A DNA stretch of 63,895 nucleotides, counting the filler, from Stramenopiles sp. TOSAG23-2 (taxonomy: Eukaryota), in the NCBI GenBank assembly GCA_900128395.1. It is 23 parts of 23 records of this genome, joined end to end, with 100 filler letters (N's around TTAATTAATTAA, not from the genome) between each part and the next. Parts side by side here need not be neighbours in the genome. Positions count along the whole stretch, not along the records: positions 1 to 2,697 come from LT651575.1; positions 2,798 to 5,493 come from LT651576.1; positions 5,594 to 8,288 come from LT651577.1; positions 8,389 to 11,083 come from LT651578.1; positions 11,184 to 13,878 come from LT651579.1; 18 more parts are not named here. One strand, given 5' to 3'. This document shows, one piece after another, positions 1 to 13,054 of this stretch. Below the pieces are notes generated by a model that was not told the DNA's origin, made no database searches, and saw only the letters and a list, made by a program, of their open reading frames with translations. A program made the position numbers and the translations under genes. Numbering within the stretch: position 1 is the stretch's first letter; each line of letters starts with the position of its first letter.

Positions 1-103
1 TTTATTATTAAAAATCGCCAAGGAAATGATATATATATATATATATATTTGTATCACATACTCTTTTAATTGAAAATGTGCTCTTTTTTCTCCTTTCTCA
101 GTG

Positions 104-1600
104 TCACAATTCACTCTGTTGCTGCTGCTGCACATTATCTTGCTGATCTTTCACTTTGTTGTGATGTTTCCCTTTCCTCCTCCTTCTCTTCCTCTTCTTC
201 TTACGTTTCTTCCTGCTCTTCTTCTTATCAACATCACTATCACATAATGATTCCTCTTTCCATCTTAATGATGTTGGATGTATTGCCATTGCAATATCAC
301 AATAATTTCTCACTTCATCGACCATTCTACGTTTTAAACTACGATATTTATAAATTTTTGATATAAATAAATAATAACCTTGTGCAATTGCTCTTACATC
401 TGCATTTTTCATTGCAATCCATTTAGTAAAATAGGTATGATGCCATTTATGCATCAATTGTATAGCTTTTTTCGGTGTTTTTAATGCAACATAACTATCT
501 ATTAAATTTAATACTATGAAAAAATTATACGGCATTTGTTGGGATAATCTTACAAATTGTGGTAAACTTGATGTGTTGAATATATATATCGCTCCTTATA
601 TAGTTAGTATATATTATAGAAAGAGACAAAAGAAATATACGAAAGTACAAAATGTATTGCAACATACCCATTTTCTTTTAAAAACAATTGTTCTTGTTTT
701 GTTATTTTATGATCTTTCCAATATAACCATGGTGTAGTAAAATACAATAACATACGTGTTGCATGTGGATCATCTGGACGTGTTTTATAAATTTCTTTTG
801 CTAAACTTACACCTAAATCTGGAAACACCTCATATTGCATTCCATATCCAATAGCTTCACCTTGATTTTCTGTTGCATGCTGCGATGTATATGTGTATAG
901 ATATATATGCATGTAAAATGTTAGTTTCAATATATATATCATTATATATGGAGTACATATTAAAAAACACATACCGCCCAAAATTGTGGCAAATACAATG
1001 TACTACCACCACGTTGTGCACATATTATTGGTATGTCTTCTTTATTACTATCATGCCAACTAACAGTTTTCCAATTTGATTTAAAAAAATGATTACTTTG
1101 TTGATGTATTCGATTCGAGCGTGTCCCGGGTTTATATAAATACCATATTTTGATTCCATGAATTAAATTTAATATCGTTGCACCATGATCATGATATGTA
1201 ATTCCACCACCAGTTCCACCTAATGATATAATATGTGATCTACCTTTTTCATTTGCATCTTTACGTTTTGGTAATGAAAAGTTTTCAAAAATTTCAGTGC
1301 CATCTTTATTTATTTGTTTTGTATGTTGAATAATATTTTTAAATCGTTGAAATAATTCCGGGTTTTTCTCCTCATTATCTTGTTGAAGTATATGTAATAA
1401 ACCAAATATAAACTTTTGTTGATGTATACCATGTTGAAAAAACTTTTTGACGGATGTTGCTTCACCAGTAGGTAAACTAAATGGTACTTCACTTGGACTA
1501 TTTTGTCGTAATACTAATTTACCATATTTGTTGATAAAATTGGTTTTATTGAATTCATCGTATAAATTAATCATTTCATTTGTAATTGGATTTTTATGGG
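104..1600 (-). CDS. JmjC/cupin-domain 2OG-Fe(II) oxygenase (JMJD8-like), multi-exon; 5' end and last splice junction uncertain
   Basis: SLGGTGGGITYHDH (Fe-ligand region), GIKIWYLYKP and GSTLYLPQFWA. A GT-AG intron at 974..880 joins these in frame to HATENQGEAIG, restoring the distal His. ORF 104-535 is a probable further exon. Confidence 0.7.
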
Positions 1601-2083
1601 CGATCAATATATTTAACCAGGCTAGGGACGATGATGTATACAATGATAAATCAACTTTGAAAACAGTTCCTTTTGTAGTACACACTTCAGATGGGAAGAA
1701 TTTACCTCCAGACGTGCAGACTAAACAACAAAACAACACCGGCATTCTATCAAATTATTATGAGCAGCATGATATTAGGAATAATGACAATAACTTTTTT
1801 GATGAAAAGGCCAAACCAGACGTTCTTTATTACGTAAACACAAACACCAAGAATGCGCAACAGAATGAGATTCATCATGTGAATACTGTATGCTGCAAAA
1901 AACTATTATCCAAAGAGGATATCATTCAAAATCATAGTCACCGGGCGATCACTTTAAAATTTAACCAGGCTAGGCTCTATGATGTATACAATGATAAATC
2001 AACTTTGAAAACAGTTCCTTTTGTAGTACACACTTCAGATGGGAAGAATTTACCTCCAGTCGTGCAGTCTAACCAACAAAACA
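1598..2083 (+). repeat. Diverged direct repeat of about 140 bp (1598-1735 and 1943-2083)
   Basis: Both copies contain TGATGTATACAATGATAAATCAACTTTGAAAACAGTTCCTTTTGTAGTACACACTTCAGATGGGAAGAATTTACCTCCAG exactly, with diverged flanks. Confidence 0.9.
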
Positions 2084-2282
2084 TCAGGGAGCAAAAACCC
2101 AAGATTCATCACTTGCCAACGTTACAAACTCGTGATAATTTTGTGCATTGCAACCACAACCTATTGTCACCCAAGACAATGGTTGCTATGAATCCACTCC
2201 TGGGGAATTCAAAACCACCAAACTTTGGAAAACCTATGGACTATTCACACCACTTTCATCGAGTGTGTTATACTGGATTCAG

Positions 2283-2460
2283 ACCTACTTGTGCTTATAG
2301 AGTATTAGCTTGCGGCGGCGCATGAGAGCTTTAATAATAATAGGATAGAATATTTATTCTCGAGATTGAGTATTGAGCATATTATTTAACATGAGAAGTA
2401 AAATTATTTACTTTAACACGAGAAGTGTAAAATTATTATAACTTAGATTTTAACCAATAT
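2283..2460 (+). repeat. Dispersed non-coding repeat family A, copy 1
   Basis: Reverse complement aligns with 15055-15223 (shared GCTCAATACTCAATCTCGAGAATAAATATTCT and TTTTACTTCTCATG). The end motif ATAACTTAGATTTTAACCA also occurs at 23073-23091. Confidence 0.85.
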
Positions 2461-2600
2461 ATCACTATATATTATGATATATTTTAAAATAATAACTGCT
2501 GATATGCATCATATGATACTATCATAATCATACTCGTATATACTTCGTTACTCGTATTATATAATTTTCTCTTACGTTCGTACTCATAATACTCGTATAT

Positions 2601-2634
<34 letters not shown>

Positions 2635-2697
2635 CATTTGGTGAGTCGTATAATGAATTGTACCCTGGTACAATTTATTCTCCGCCTTCCTATGATG

Positions 2698-2797
2698 NNN
2701 NNNNNNNNNNNNNNNNNNNNNNNNNNNNNNNNNNNNNNNNNTTAATTAATTAANNNNNNNNNNNNNNNNNNNNNNNNNNNNNNNNNNNNNNNNNNNN
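2698..2797. other. Artificial contig-joining spacer (N44-TTAATTAATTAA-N44). It recurs 22 times, starting at 2698, 5494, 8289, 11084, 13879, 16673, 19466, 22257, 25047, 27833, 30617, 33400, 36183, 38966, 41746, 44521, 47293, 50064, 52835, 55602, 58368 and 61133
   Basis: Identical 100-nt N-padded linker with stops in all six frames. Segment lengths run in non-increasing order from 2697 to 2663 nt. Confidence 0.98.
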
Positions 2798-3555
2798 ATT
2801 TAGTAATTTCTTCCATTGCATCTTTTGTTGTCATGAATGTATCACGAATATATTTATTATTATTATTATTAAAATCATCGTTTGTAATAATAATATTATT
2901 TGTTACATCCCAATCCCAATGTGCAAAGTTCGCTTCGTGATTAAATTTCTCTGGTGTTTTAATTGGTGTTAATGTGTATTCGTTGTTTTCAGTTACATTC
3001 GTTACTGCAAATACTTGTTGAGTTTGAACATTTTTAACACGATCACCAATTGCAGCTTTTATGTTTGGCTTGATTATTAATGTTTCCTGGTCACTTAACG
3101 TGATATTTTCCCTTACAATATGTTTATTATTATTATTATTCAATTTACGAATTTGCAATGTATTAGTTGATAATTTAATGGCACTATTTCCTTTGTAAAA
3201 TACACGTTCTGCATTATTAAATTTATTCAATCGTTATTTTAATTGGTGTTAATGTATATTCATTGTTTTCTGTAACATTTGTTACTGCATATACTTGTTG
3301 AGCTTGAACATTTTTCACACGATCACCAATTGCAGCTTTCATATTTGGTTGTATTAGTTGTATTTTCTCGTCTAGTAACATAATATCTTCTCTTACAATT
3401 TTGTTATCTTTATCCAGTCTACGCACTTGAATAATATTATCAGCTAATTTAATCGCACTTTCACCATCATAAAATACACGTTCTGCATTATTAAATTTAT
3501 TCAATCGTTTGGATATATCTTGTAATACTTGTATTTTCACACCACGTATATCCAT
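2798..3555 (-). CDS. Hypothetical protein, 5' part only, with a duplicated ~90-aa domain and a frameshift at the duplication junction (~3225)
   Basis: ORFs 3223-3615 and 2742-3230 share LNKFNNAERVFY...KAAIGDRVKNVQxQQVxAVTNVTENNEYTLTPIK. Likely start is MDIRGV at 3555. Runs off the contig. Confidence 0.55.
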
Positions 3556-4195
3556 TTTTTCGACGGTAATCTTCTTTTCTAGATATGATATCTTCGTTTT
3601 CTTCAATTGTTTCAAAAGTACCCTCTTGTAATACTTTGGTTAATTTAGCCAGATGTAGACTAAAAATATATTTATAAAAATTAAAAAGATGTAATTTTTC
3701 ACTACTTCGTCGTATGATTATGTAAAAATACTTTTTATAACTTTTACCAAATATATTTACGGATACAAACAGTATACGTATATAATGAATGTAATTACTG
3801 TTTTGAATATAATATTTCAATATTGTTTTTCTTTCTTTCACTCTTTCTAAACCTACATCTATCCATCTATACATCTATATATATATACATATGTTTTTTA
3901 ATGATTTTCGATTTTACTGAAGTGTGTGAGATGTGATTATTTTTTACCACTAATAAATCCATTTTATCCTCTATAAAACTATTCATAGTTCTACATTTAT
4001 ATATATACAATATTAAAAATATCGTGTTTTAATTACTAAAATACCAATAATAAATATAATTAATAATTAAATATCCGATATTGGTCATTTTTACAAGCAA
4101 CAACAAAATGTTGGTCCAATATATATGGGTCAATATGTGTCTCACAATCACCCTACAGTTCATTTTCTACTCCACTCCAGACACTCCTCTAACTT

Positions 4196-5243
4196 TCACG
4201 TCCCTTGAATATATTTCTCTGTCCTTGCAACCATTTGTTTTTGTTGTTGTTCCCATAAACCAACACTAGCATTATTATTCTTCTTCTTATTATTATTATT
4301 ATTACGACTACGACTAACAACAGCGGATGGAATCGATCTAAATTGCTTTTGACGTGATGATCCACTATTATTATTATTATTACTACTACTATTACCATCG
4401 TTCAATACATCATGTAAATGCCCTAAAACAGTTATACAACTTAATGGAACTGCATTGGTTAAATCTTTTATTTCATCACTAGACAATGGCAATTTACGTT
4501 TTTTAATCAATGCATTGATTATATTCCAATTATGACAATGGATCATCACAATGAATCAATAAATCTTCCAAACATATATGATACCAACCCATGTAATTTG
4601 CAACATCTTTCGTTATATTTTCAACATTTCCAGGGCCTTCAATAGCTATAATAAAACGTGGAAAATCAATGTAATCATTTGGTTGATATTGAATTTTACG
4701 TTTTTGTTTATGATGTTTATTTACACGTCCATATGTCTTTACACGATCTTTTTTAAAACCAGGACGTTTCGATTTCTTTTCCATGCGTTTTCTATGTTTT
4801 TCTGCTTGTCGATTGCTATGATACGTCGGCGTCGTTGTTGTTGTTGGCGGTGTTTGTGTTCCTTGTTGTTGTTTAATATGTCGTCGTATTGGTGTATATT
4901 GTTGCTGGTTATAGGAACCATTATTATTTCTTGATGGTGGTTGTGGTGTTCGACCTTGTTGATTATTAGAATTGGATGGAGATGCCCATCCCCAATTTGA
5001 TATATTTGTACCTCTTGATTCTGCATTTGAACGTGGTGGATTATTATTATTATTATTATACGGTGACGATGATTGCAAATTGTACCCATCATTGTTGTGT
5101 TTATTGTTGTTTTGGTAATGATAATAATGCGATGAGGAAGACATCGATGTTCCTGTTGGCGATGGGGATGTGTAATAATGTTGATCCGTTCGTGTTAATG
5201 TTTTCATTTTCGTTGGCGTTGGTGCATATTGTCGGATGGACAT
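4196..5243 (-). CDS. Low-complexity (Asn/Gln/Pro) protein with a weak nucleoside-monophosphate-kinase-like segment; frameshift near 4535
   Basis: ORFs 4530-5243 and 4196-4549 overlap with the same codon style. FIIAIEGPG...VANYMGWYHICLEDLL resembles the start of adenylate/UMP-CMP kinases but lacks the GK of the P-loop. Confidence 0.4.
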
Positions 5244-5394
5244 GATGATGATTCTTTATGTCTTTCTCGTTATAAATATATGATGTATATATGATGTATA
5301 TACGTGGATTATATAGTAACACCAACTGTTTTTTCTATCTCTTTTTTTTCTATACCTGTGTTTTCTATACCTGTGTATTCTTACGTTCGTTTTT

Positions 5395-5476
5395 AACTTT
5401 CGTTTCTACCTATTCTTTCTAAGTTTCGTTTCTAACTTTCGTTTCTAAGTTTCGTTTCTACCTATTCTTTTCTACC
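5395..5476 (+). repeat. Minisatellite of ~13-bp units AA(G/C)TTTCGTTTCT
   Basis: At least four TTTCGTTTCTA units next to the contig end. Confidence 0.75.
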
Positions 5477-5651
5477 TGTCCGTTCTGATAAAANNNNNNN
5501 NNNNNNNNNNNNNNNNNNNNNNNNNNNNNNNNNNNNNTTAATTAATTAANNNNNNNNNNNNNNNNNNNNNNNNNNNNNNNNNNNNNNNNNNNNATATTTA
5601 TATATATATTTATATATATATTTATATAAATTTACAAGATGTATAGATGTA

Positions 5652-6182
5652 TTATTTTTTTAAACTACTACCTTCATCATCGTCGTCATCATCATTCATT
5701 TTTTGTGACATTTTCCATTGTTTCATCATTTGAAACTCATTATAATGTGCTTTTCGTTTATTTGCAAAGTCTTTATTCTTTGGTTTATTTGCTTTTGCCA
5801 TTGCTTCTGCCATTGAAACTGTATATACATCAGCATCTATTTTTTTATTATTATCACAACTGGTTTTATCATTATTATTATTATTATCACTCACACCTTC
5901 TTGTTGTTTTTTCACTGCATTTAATTTATTACTAAGTTCCGTAAAATCCAGCTCTCCTGGTTTTGTATGTTCAGGAGCACCAGCATATTCACCCGTGGCT
6001 GATTTTGCTTTATCACTATCTTCATCATAATAAACATATGGGGTATTTGGTTCCACAATTCTCATACGTGTTCCCCTTTCTTTATCATGTTCTTTTATAA
6101 TTTCTTCATCCCAACTTATTGTTTTCCTATTGTTATTATCATCTAGATCATTTGTATCCTCACTTGTTGTTTTTGTAGACAT
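5652..6182 (-). CDS. PPP1R2: Protein phosphatase 1 inhibitor-2 (IPP-2/GLC8 family)
   Basis: ISWDEE, MRIVEPNTPY and FANKRKAHYNEF motifs of inhibitor-2. Confidence 0.92.
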   Translation of the reverse strand: MSTKTTSEDTNDLDDNNNRKTISWDEEIIKEHDKERGTRMRIVEPNTPYVYYDEDSDKAKSATGEYAGAPEHTKPGELDFTELSNKLNAVKKQQEGVSDNNNNNDKTSCDNNKKIDADVYTVSMAEAMAKANKPKNKDFANKRKAHYNEFQMMKQWKMSQKMNDDDDDDEGSSLKK

Positions 6183-6568
6183 GTTTACAATATTATATTA
6201 TACTTTTCTTGAACGATTACAATGATTCTTCAGTATAGCTATTTGTATATTTTTATTTTTCCTGAGAAGAACATTTCATCATTTACTATGTTTTAAGAAT
6301 ATTAATTGATGAAGAATGATCAATTGTTGTTGTCGTGTGCCCGGCGCCATATAGAACCTTTTCTAATATCAAATCAGATGGTGTATAGTAATATGGAAAA
6401 ATAATACAAAATTTAAATGGTATAAAGTAAATGAAAGTTTCTAATAACCACAATTAGTAAAAATCTTCTTCTCCATTTTGTAAATTAGAATTAGAAATAG
6501 AGGCATATATAGAAATAGAAATAAAAAAGTATAAATAAGAACACCAAAACAATAACCAATTCATCAAA

Positions 6569-8288
6569 ATGTATATTGTCTCTTTGATTACCATTTGTAT
6601 ATCTATACTCCTTTCATTAATACTTGGTGCTTTTATTATTTTTCTTTTGTCTCCATCCATCACAGCAGAAGTTTTCAATTATTGTATTGTATTTTTATTA
6701 GCACGCAATCCAAGTATTGCAAAAAACAATATTATCATACAAGTTAAAATGAAAGAGATTAACTTACGAAATTTTGAAATATCTGGTATAACAGTAGTTA
6801 CAAAACAAGGAACATGTTTGTATATTAGTAATATCAAATTAAAATGTCAACTTTACAAAATGTTATTTAATACTCTTAGTCGAACAAATTCGATAACAAT
6901 ATTAATTGATATAATAATGTTACATGTATCTTTAAAAGAAGCAAAAATGATATTATTGCAAACAAAGAGCAACAAAACAACTGCTGATGGTAAAGAAAAT
7001 GTCCAGTTAAAATCAAAGAATAATACCAAAAAAAATTCTAATGATATGATAAATAAAATGTTTAATTGTGTCCAATTTTCTTTTACAAAGTTAAGTGTGA
7101 TTGTCTATGATGATGTCCCCGTTGAGACACAAACGGAAAATGATAACAATTATTTTGACAACGATAATAAAAATAATAATGATAACGATAATTTGATATA
7201 TAATGAAAAGAACAATAAGATTGTACAAAATAATAATAATACTATTGTCCTCAATATGAATAATTACATCAAACAAAATGAAAAGAATATTTATTTAAAA
7301 TTTAATATAGATGCAATTTCTTGGATGATGGCGACGAAAAATAATGGTAATAATAATAAATCATCATATTGTAATGGATTTTGTATTAAAAATCTTATAT
7401 TAATTCAACCAAATATAAAGCAACCTACAATATCAATACCTCATTTTCAATTCGATATGACATTTTTAAGCCAAACGGATGCATTTAATGTTCAAACTAT
7501 TGATATTGAATCATTTGATTTAAACATACATGATAAAATAATAATCCGAATTGATCCAAATATCTTAACTCGTATTGAATATATCATGTCTATATTATTA
7601 TTATTAGCAACAAAGCAACAAAGTAATATTAAGATTGATGATATTACCAATAAAAATGCAACTACAATAAAGAAACAGAACTATCAACGTAAATTACCAT
7701 CAAAAGTAAATTTGAATATAAAAATGATCGATTTTCAAATATTTGGTTATCGTCAAAAATTCTCATTATCACAAATAAACAAAACAAAATTTAAAAAAAA
7801 TATTATGAATAATGTAAAATTACGACCACTTTTGAAAATGAAATTAGAAAAATTAACATCTACATTGCTATCAACAAATGTAACATCGTTCTTTGAATTG
7901 ACTGTAAATAATTTCATAGTAGAAACAGGAGAATCGCTGGAATTTACACTATCAAAAATAATTACAAAGTCAACATTGGGAAAAGTATCTTTAACTACTA
8001 CAGCAAAATCATTTTCATCTGAATGTGATATTGATAAAATTGACTTTAGAGATATGCGTCAATATGCAACTTCTACTTCATTTAGTAATGTTTATTTGCA
8101 TGAATTTCATACAAGCATTGCATCCGAAGAAGAGACATTTGAAGGCAGTTTTAAGGACGAGGCAACATATGTGGAAAATGAAGATATTGATAATTTCACA
8201 GTTGCACAACGTTTTAACATTTCTCTATCTTCTAAAGGAATTCCATGCTGCTCTTGATTTTTTCGGTACACAATCCATCAATAAACTT
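6569..8288 (+). CDS. Large hypothetical protein with an N-terminal transmembrane anchor, 3'-partial; possibly a bridge-like lipid transfer (FMP27/hobbit-type) N-terminus
   Basis: 562-codon ORF with a hydrophobic N-terminus followed by alternating beta-strand-like patterns. A frameshift near 8230 is likely. The family call is tentative. Confidence 0.55.
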
Positions 8289-8388
8289 NNNNNNNNNNNN
8301 NNNNNNNNNNNNNNNNNNNNNNNNNNNNNNNNTTAATTAATTAANNNNNNNNNNNNNNNNNNNNNNNNNNNNNNNNNNNNNNNNNNNN

Positions 8389-11083
8389 GCTCTTCGACTA
8401 CCGTAGTAAGTGCCTCTTCTCCATCAACTTTCAAAAGTGTCCACATGGTAAATAATATATAAAGCAAACAACCAGTACCAAAGAACCAATAGAGCCCACT
8501 TTGGCCTGCTCCACCGCCAGCGCATATCGTGCATTTTCCACCAACACGTACATAATTGGCTTGGCAGATGGCGCACAAGGTCCCTGTGTTTCCCTCTGAG
8601 CATTGATCGTCGACATTGTTTTTGATTTCGCCACCAGTGCAATCTTCTGGCATGATGCATGGATAGAATATAGCTTGGTAATTTGATTCACGCCAAAATC
8701 CTTTCCTTGTAACCATCGTTTGCATAGTGGTTTTTGAGAATGCGCATTCAGCATGTTTTGGGCATGGAAGGCAGTAATCACTCCCTAGCGTTTTCTTCAC
8801 AGGATTGTGGTAAAAACCTTCCTGGCATACACAACCTAAGGTGACGTTGAAGATTCCAGTTGTACCATTTGTGGTAGAAAATGGAACAAATTCTACACAC
8901 TTGAGGCACTGAGCCAGTGCAGTATTGCCTGTCGTCTCGCTGAATGTATCAGCAGGACAGTCTATGCATACCGTTTTTCCTTTCGCGTTTTGGTAAGTAC
9001 CGGGAAGGCAAGTTTCACAATGAAGAATACCAGCTTTGTTTGGAATCATTATACTTCCCATGTCGCAGATTTTACATTCCAAGGAGCCTTCTTCTTCGGC
9101 AAAAGAATCCTCGCTACATTTAGAACATTTATGAGTACCTGCGACAGTCTTTGAAGTACCCCTAGAGCAGGGCACACAATTGTATCCTTGAACTTCGTGG
9201 CCTGCAGGACAATGAATTGGCAAACACTTAATATAACCATTTTTTGATTGCCACGATGTATCTAGGGGACAAGGCAGAACCTTGCCATTTTCAACAGTAG
9301 CAATATCAGTTGGAGTATACGTACTAACATTAATGTGTTCATTTGAATATTGAATTCCAGCATATACTTGCATTTTCGAATTGTCATTTAATGGCGACTT
9401 TGCACAGCAATTTGGAAACTCTTCAGAACATGCATTTTCACGAAAGGACGGGTTTCGTGATGAAAAGTCTGCAGTCTGGACAACAAGCCCCAAATCTAAG
9501 GATTGCAAAATTGTTTTTCGCATAATTACAGGCTGTTTATTTTCTCCCCAGATGACATCATAGCCAGAAGTTTTTCTAAATGTGGTGTTTTGAAGTACCA
9601 AGGGCAGATAAACATTGTTCCGATTACAAAACGAAGTGAATACTGAACCATCTTGCCACTTAAAAAAGTCGTTATAACCAATTTCAATCATGCCACGAGC
9701 ATTAATACTCACAAATTTACATCCAATGAATGTTACCGGCGAAGCTTCTGAAATGATTGCAGCGTGGTCACTCATCAAATTCCTGAATGTAACTTCCCGC
9801 AAAATAAGTGGCCCACCTGGCGATTTTGATCTTACCCTGCCGGTTTGGCTCCAGGTGTGGATGAATGACATGTTTGTAAAAGATCCATCAAATATAAGGT
9901 GTTGAATGTTAACTTGCCTAAGTCCAGATCCGTATATGGAAAAACACGGTTTTGGCGGATGGCATATTAAGGTTGATCGCTCGTTCAATTTTGTTGAGTT
10001 TGTGGACACAATTCGTCGTACATTTTTCATTTCAATTGCAAGCGGCTTTATGTAATACTCTGTGTTTTTCTTAAAATACATTGTGTTGTACTTTTGGTAC
10101 AGAGACAAGTCAACAGGCTCGTTAATCCTGGAGTTACTGTTTATAAGCATAGAAGTTTGCGTATTCTTGTACCATGCTATTTTGTTATCATAATTAGATG
10201 CCGAAGCTACATCAAAATCGCCATCGCCGTCAATATCTGCAAGAAACACGCTGTATGCACCCATGGCATTGGTTGAAATGATTTGCTGCGCCCCAAAAGT
10301 TCCTTTCCCATCAACGTTTTCATACCAGGCCACTTTGTTATCATTCCTGGAAGCTGTCACAATATCCATATCACCATCTAGATCTATATCGGCAGAAAAT
10401 ATTCCCCTTGGACCAATGGTGTTTGTAGTTATTATTTTTTTATTTCCCGAAAAATTTGCATGCCCGTCCATATTTTCATGCCATGCCACTATTCCATCAT
10501 TAGCAAGAGATACCAAATCAAAATCCCCATCGTTGTCCAAGTCTGCTGCAATAATATCCCTCGGTTTATAAATGTTCGTTGCAACGACTCTTTCTGGGCC
10601 ATATGTACCTTTTCCATCAATATTCTCGTACCACGTTACCTTATTGTCCCTATAGGCAGTTCCTGCTAAATCTATGTCTCCATCGCCATCAAGGTCTACA
10701 GGTACAACGCTAATAACACTTCTTGTTTCTGTTACGATTATACCCGTTTTAAAGGTTCCGTTTCCATCTGAATTTTCGTACCATTCAATGCCGTTGAAGT
10801 CCATCTTTCCAACAACCAAGTCGTAGTCACCATCCCCATCTATGTCGGCCGCTTGAATTCTCCAGGCGTTTGAAGCATTTATAGCAACGATGTTTTCCTG
10901 CCAAAGTGACGCTTTACCATCTACGTTTTTATACCATACAACCTTATCACTCCTGAACGATGCTGCTAGATCCAGATAGCCATCCCCATCCAAATCTGCC
11001 GCAATTGCACTCGTTGCCCTCTCAGAGCTTAAAGAAACCATTTGTTGTGCTCCAAATGCGCCGTTGCCATCAAGATTAGCGTA
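8389..11083 (-). CDS. Cell-surface protein with FG-GAP/VCBS repeats, a beta-helix-like region, Cys-rich (GCC2/GCC3, CxxCxxG) repeats and a TM segment; partial at both ends
   Basis: Six (A/V)D(L/I)(D/N)xDGDxD repeats each followed by WY(E/K)N. Also CVPCSRG, CETCLPGTYQ, CSEGNTGTLCAIC and a hydrophobic helix near the contig end. Confidence 0.85.
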
Positions 11084-11710
11084 NNNNNNNNNNNNNNNNN
11101 NNNNNNNNNNNNNNNNNNNNNNNNNNNTTAATTAATTAANNNNNNNNNNNNNNNNNNNNNNNNNNNNNNNNNNNNNNNNNNNNGTAAAGGCAAGGTAGCA
11201 ACTGATAAGACTGCTTGCATGTTGAATCGTAAACAGTAACTGAAAAAGGAATGATTACATGACACTACTTGTCGTCCATTCTGTTCTTTATGTATATTTT
11301 TGTTGAAAATGAATTAATTAATTAGTCTACACGAGCGATGTGCCGACTGCACGACTGGCCGGATATTCTCATATTATTGCACTACCAGGTATTATTATTG
11401 CTATTATTATTTATTTTTTTTTGAAGAGAAGAATTATTTGTTGTTATATGTGATTACCAGGATTAGCTCTACCACCAGGTGGTATTATATAATATGCCAG
11501 TACTAGCTCTACCACACTACTGCTGGTGGTATCTTAGACTAAGAATCTATAGGTTAAGGTATGATGAGATGGGATTTGCACATTTGCACATTTCGATCTA
11601 TATTAATATATCATATTATAGTATTGTGTGTATAGGGTGGAATTATACTGGTATTAATAGCTATTAATAGAATTAATCTAATTAGAGTAAAATAAATATT
11701 CTCTTCAAGT

Positions 11711-13054
11711 TTAGAAGGGTTGAGCTCCGCAAGCTTCCTTATTTACTTTTGCCCACCCAATTTGATTTTTTTCATTGTCAAAAACTAGGTAATAATTACG
11801 CATAAGAGTATCCCCAAATATAAAATACCCGCCAGGGCCTGTTCCGCGGACAGCAAGGCAGTACAAAGATTTGTCGCCATCTGCACGTACATCACCTTGA
11901 AGTAAATAATCTTCAGGGTGCATTTCTAGGTTGACGTTATTGTCTAACCCGATATGGAAAAAAGGAAACATTGCAACATCAGTGGATGTAAGGTTGAAGC
12001 ATGCTCCGTCAAAAAGTGTAGGCTGGCCTGGTTCAGTACAAATACCAGGCAATTTAGCACCTCCGGTGTTACATGTATTTATGAATTCTTGCTTCATTGA
12101 AGCAAACCCTTCATCAGGAAGCAGCAGGATATTTGTACCTGTATCTAAGATGCTTTCCGCTGACAATCCTTGAATAGGTTTCTTATTGCCCCCAATAGTA
12201 AAACTAAGCACATCCACTCCATAAAAATGACCTTTTCTAGGTACATATTGCATGATACCAGTATATAAATTTGGATCTATCCCGCCTAACGTTAAAGTAC
12301 CATTACTTTTTGAGCCATTGTTATTAAAACATACAGCAAAGATAGCATCAACTTTATTTCCTTTTACCAGCTGCGCAAATACATTTCGGTTGCCATTTCC
12401 AATAAATCCCATGACTCCAGTAACTATTTTCCACTGATCTGCATCTTCTGTCATTTTTGTTATCGATCCAAATTGAACACGTACGGGACCAAGAGAGCCA
12501 ATTGAAACGTCATCCTCATACACATTCCCAGAGACAGTGCAACGAGCTGTCATATTTTTTAGATCACATGTTAAATAAGAGTTTGAAAATGTAGGAGGCG
12601 AACCTACTTTTGAGGTTGTTGATTTTGACGCGTCATATGCATTATTTGGTGGCTTTGGATTGCAACCAGAGCAACCAGCACCTTCAATATCCAAATTGCT
12701 GCTTCCACTATCAACATTTACAGGGAACTGAACAGGCGGTGATCCAACATTAATATATGTCCAATATATAGCGACTGGCCAAATATTCCCACCTTGCGGA
12801 AAGTTGTGTGAATCCTTTGACATTAATTGACGAACAACAGAGGAATGAATATAACCAGGTTTAGTTTTCATGTGGTGCAAATGGATTGGCAAAGTATGAA
12901 ATTTTGGTTTATTCATTCCAACAGCTATTTTAAACTTGTTTTGAAATCCTTTGGTAGTAACATCAAGACCATCAGTAGTGCCACATTTCACTGGCGAAAA
13001 TAGTAAACTTTCGTATAATAGTATTATGGAAATGACAACGTATTGCCACTGCAT
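11711..13054 (-). CDS. Secreted pepsin-family (A1) aspartic protease
   Basis: Signal peptide, catalytic VDSGSS and LDTGT motifs, IFGDTLMRNYYLVFD..KNQIGWA C-terminus. Confidence 0.95.
   Translation of the reverse strand: MQWQYVVISIILLYESLLFSPVKCGTTDGLDVTTKGFQNKFKIAVGMNKPKFHTLPIHLHHMKTKPGYIHSSVVRQLMSKDSHNFPQGGNIWPVAIYWTYINVGSPPVQFPVNVDSGSSNLDIEGAGCSGCNPKPPNNAYDASKSTTSKVGSPPTFSNSYLTCDLKNMTARCTVSGNVYEDDVSIGSLGPVRVQFGSITKMTEDADQWKIVTGVMGFIGNGNRNVFAQLVKGNKVDAIFAVCFNNNGSKSNGTLTLGGIDPNLYTGIMQYVPRKGHFYGVDVLSFTIGGNKKPIQGLSAESILDTGTNILLLPDEGFASMKQEFINTCNTGGAKLPGICTEPGQPTLFDGACFNLTSTDVAMFPFFHIGLDNNVNLEMHPEDYLLQGDVRADGDKSLYCLAVRGTGPGGYFIFGDTLMRNYYLVFDNEKNQIGWAKVNKEACGAQPF

Noticed and set aside
2656-2675. 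Hairpin AATTGTACC-CT-GGTACAATT as a terminator or Helitron end
   Set aside because: It is a single short AT-rich stem with no poly-T tract or CTRR terminus, in a eukaryotic context.
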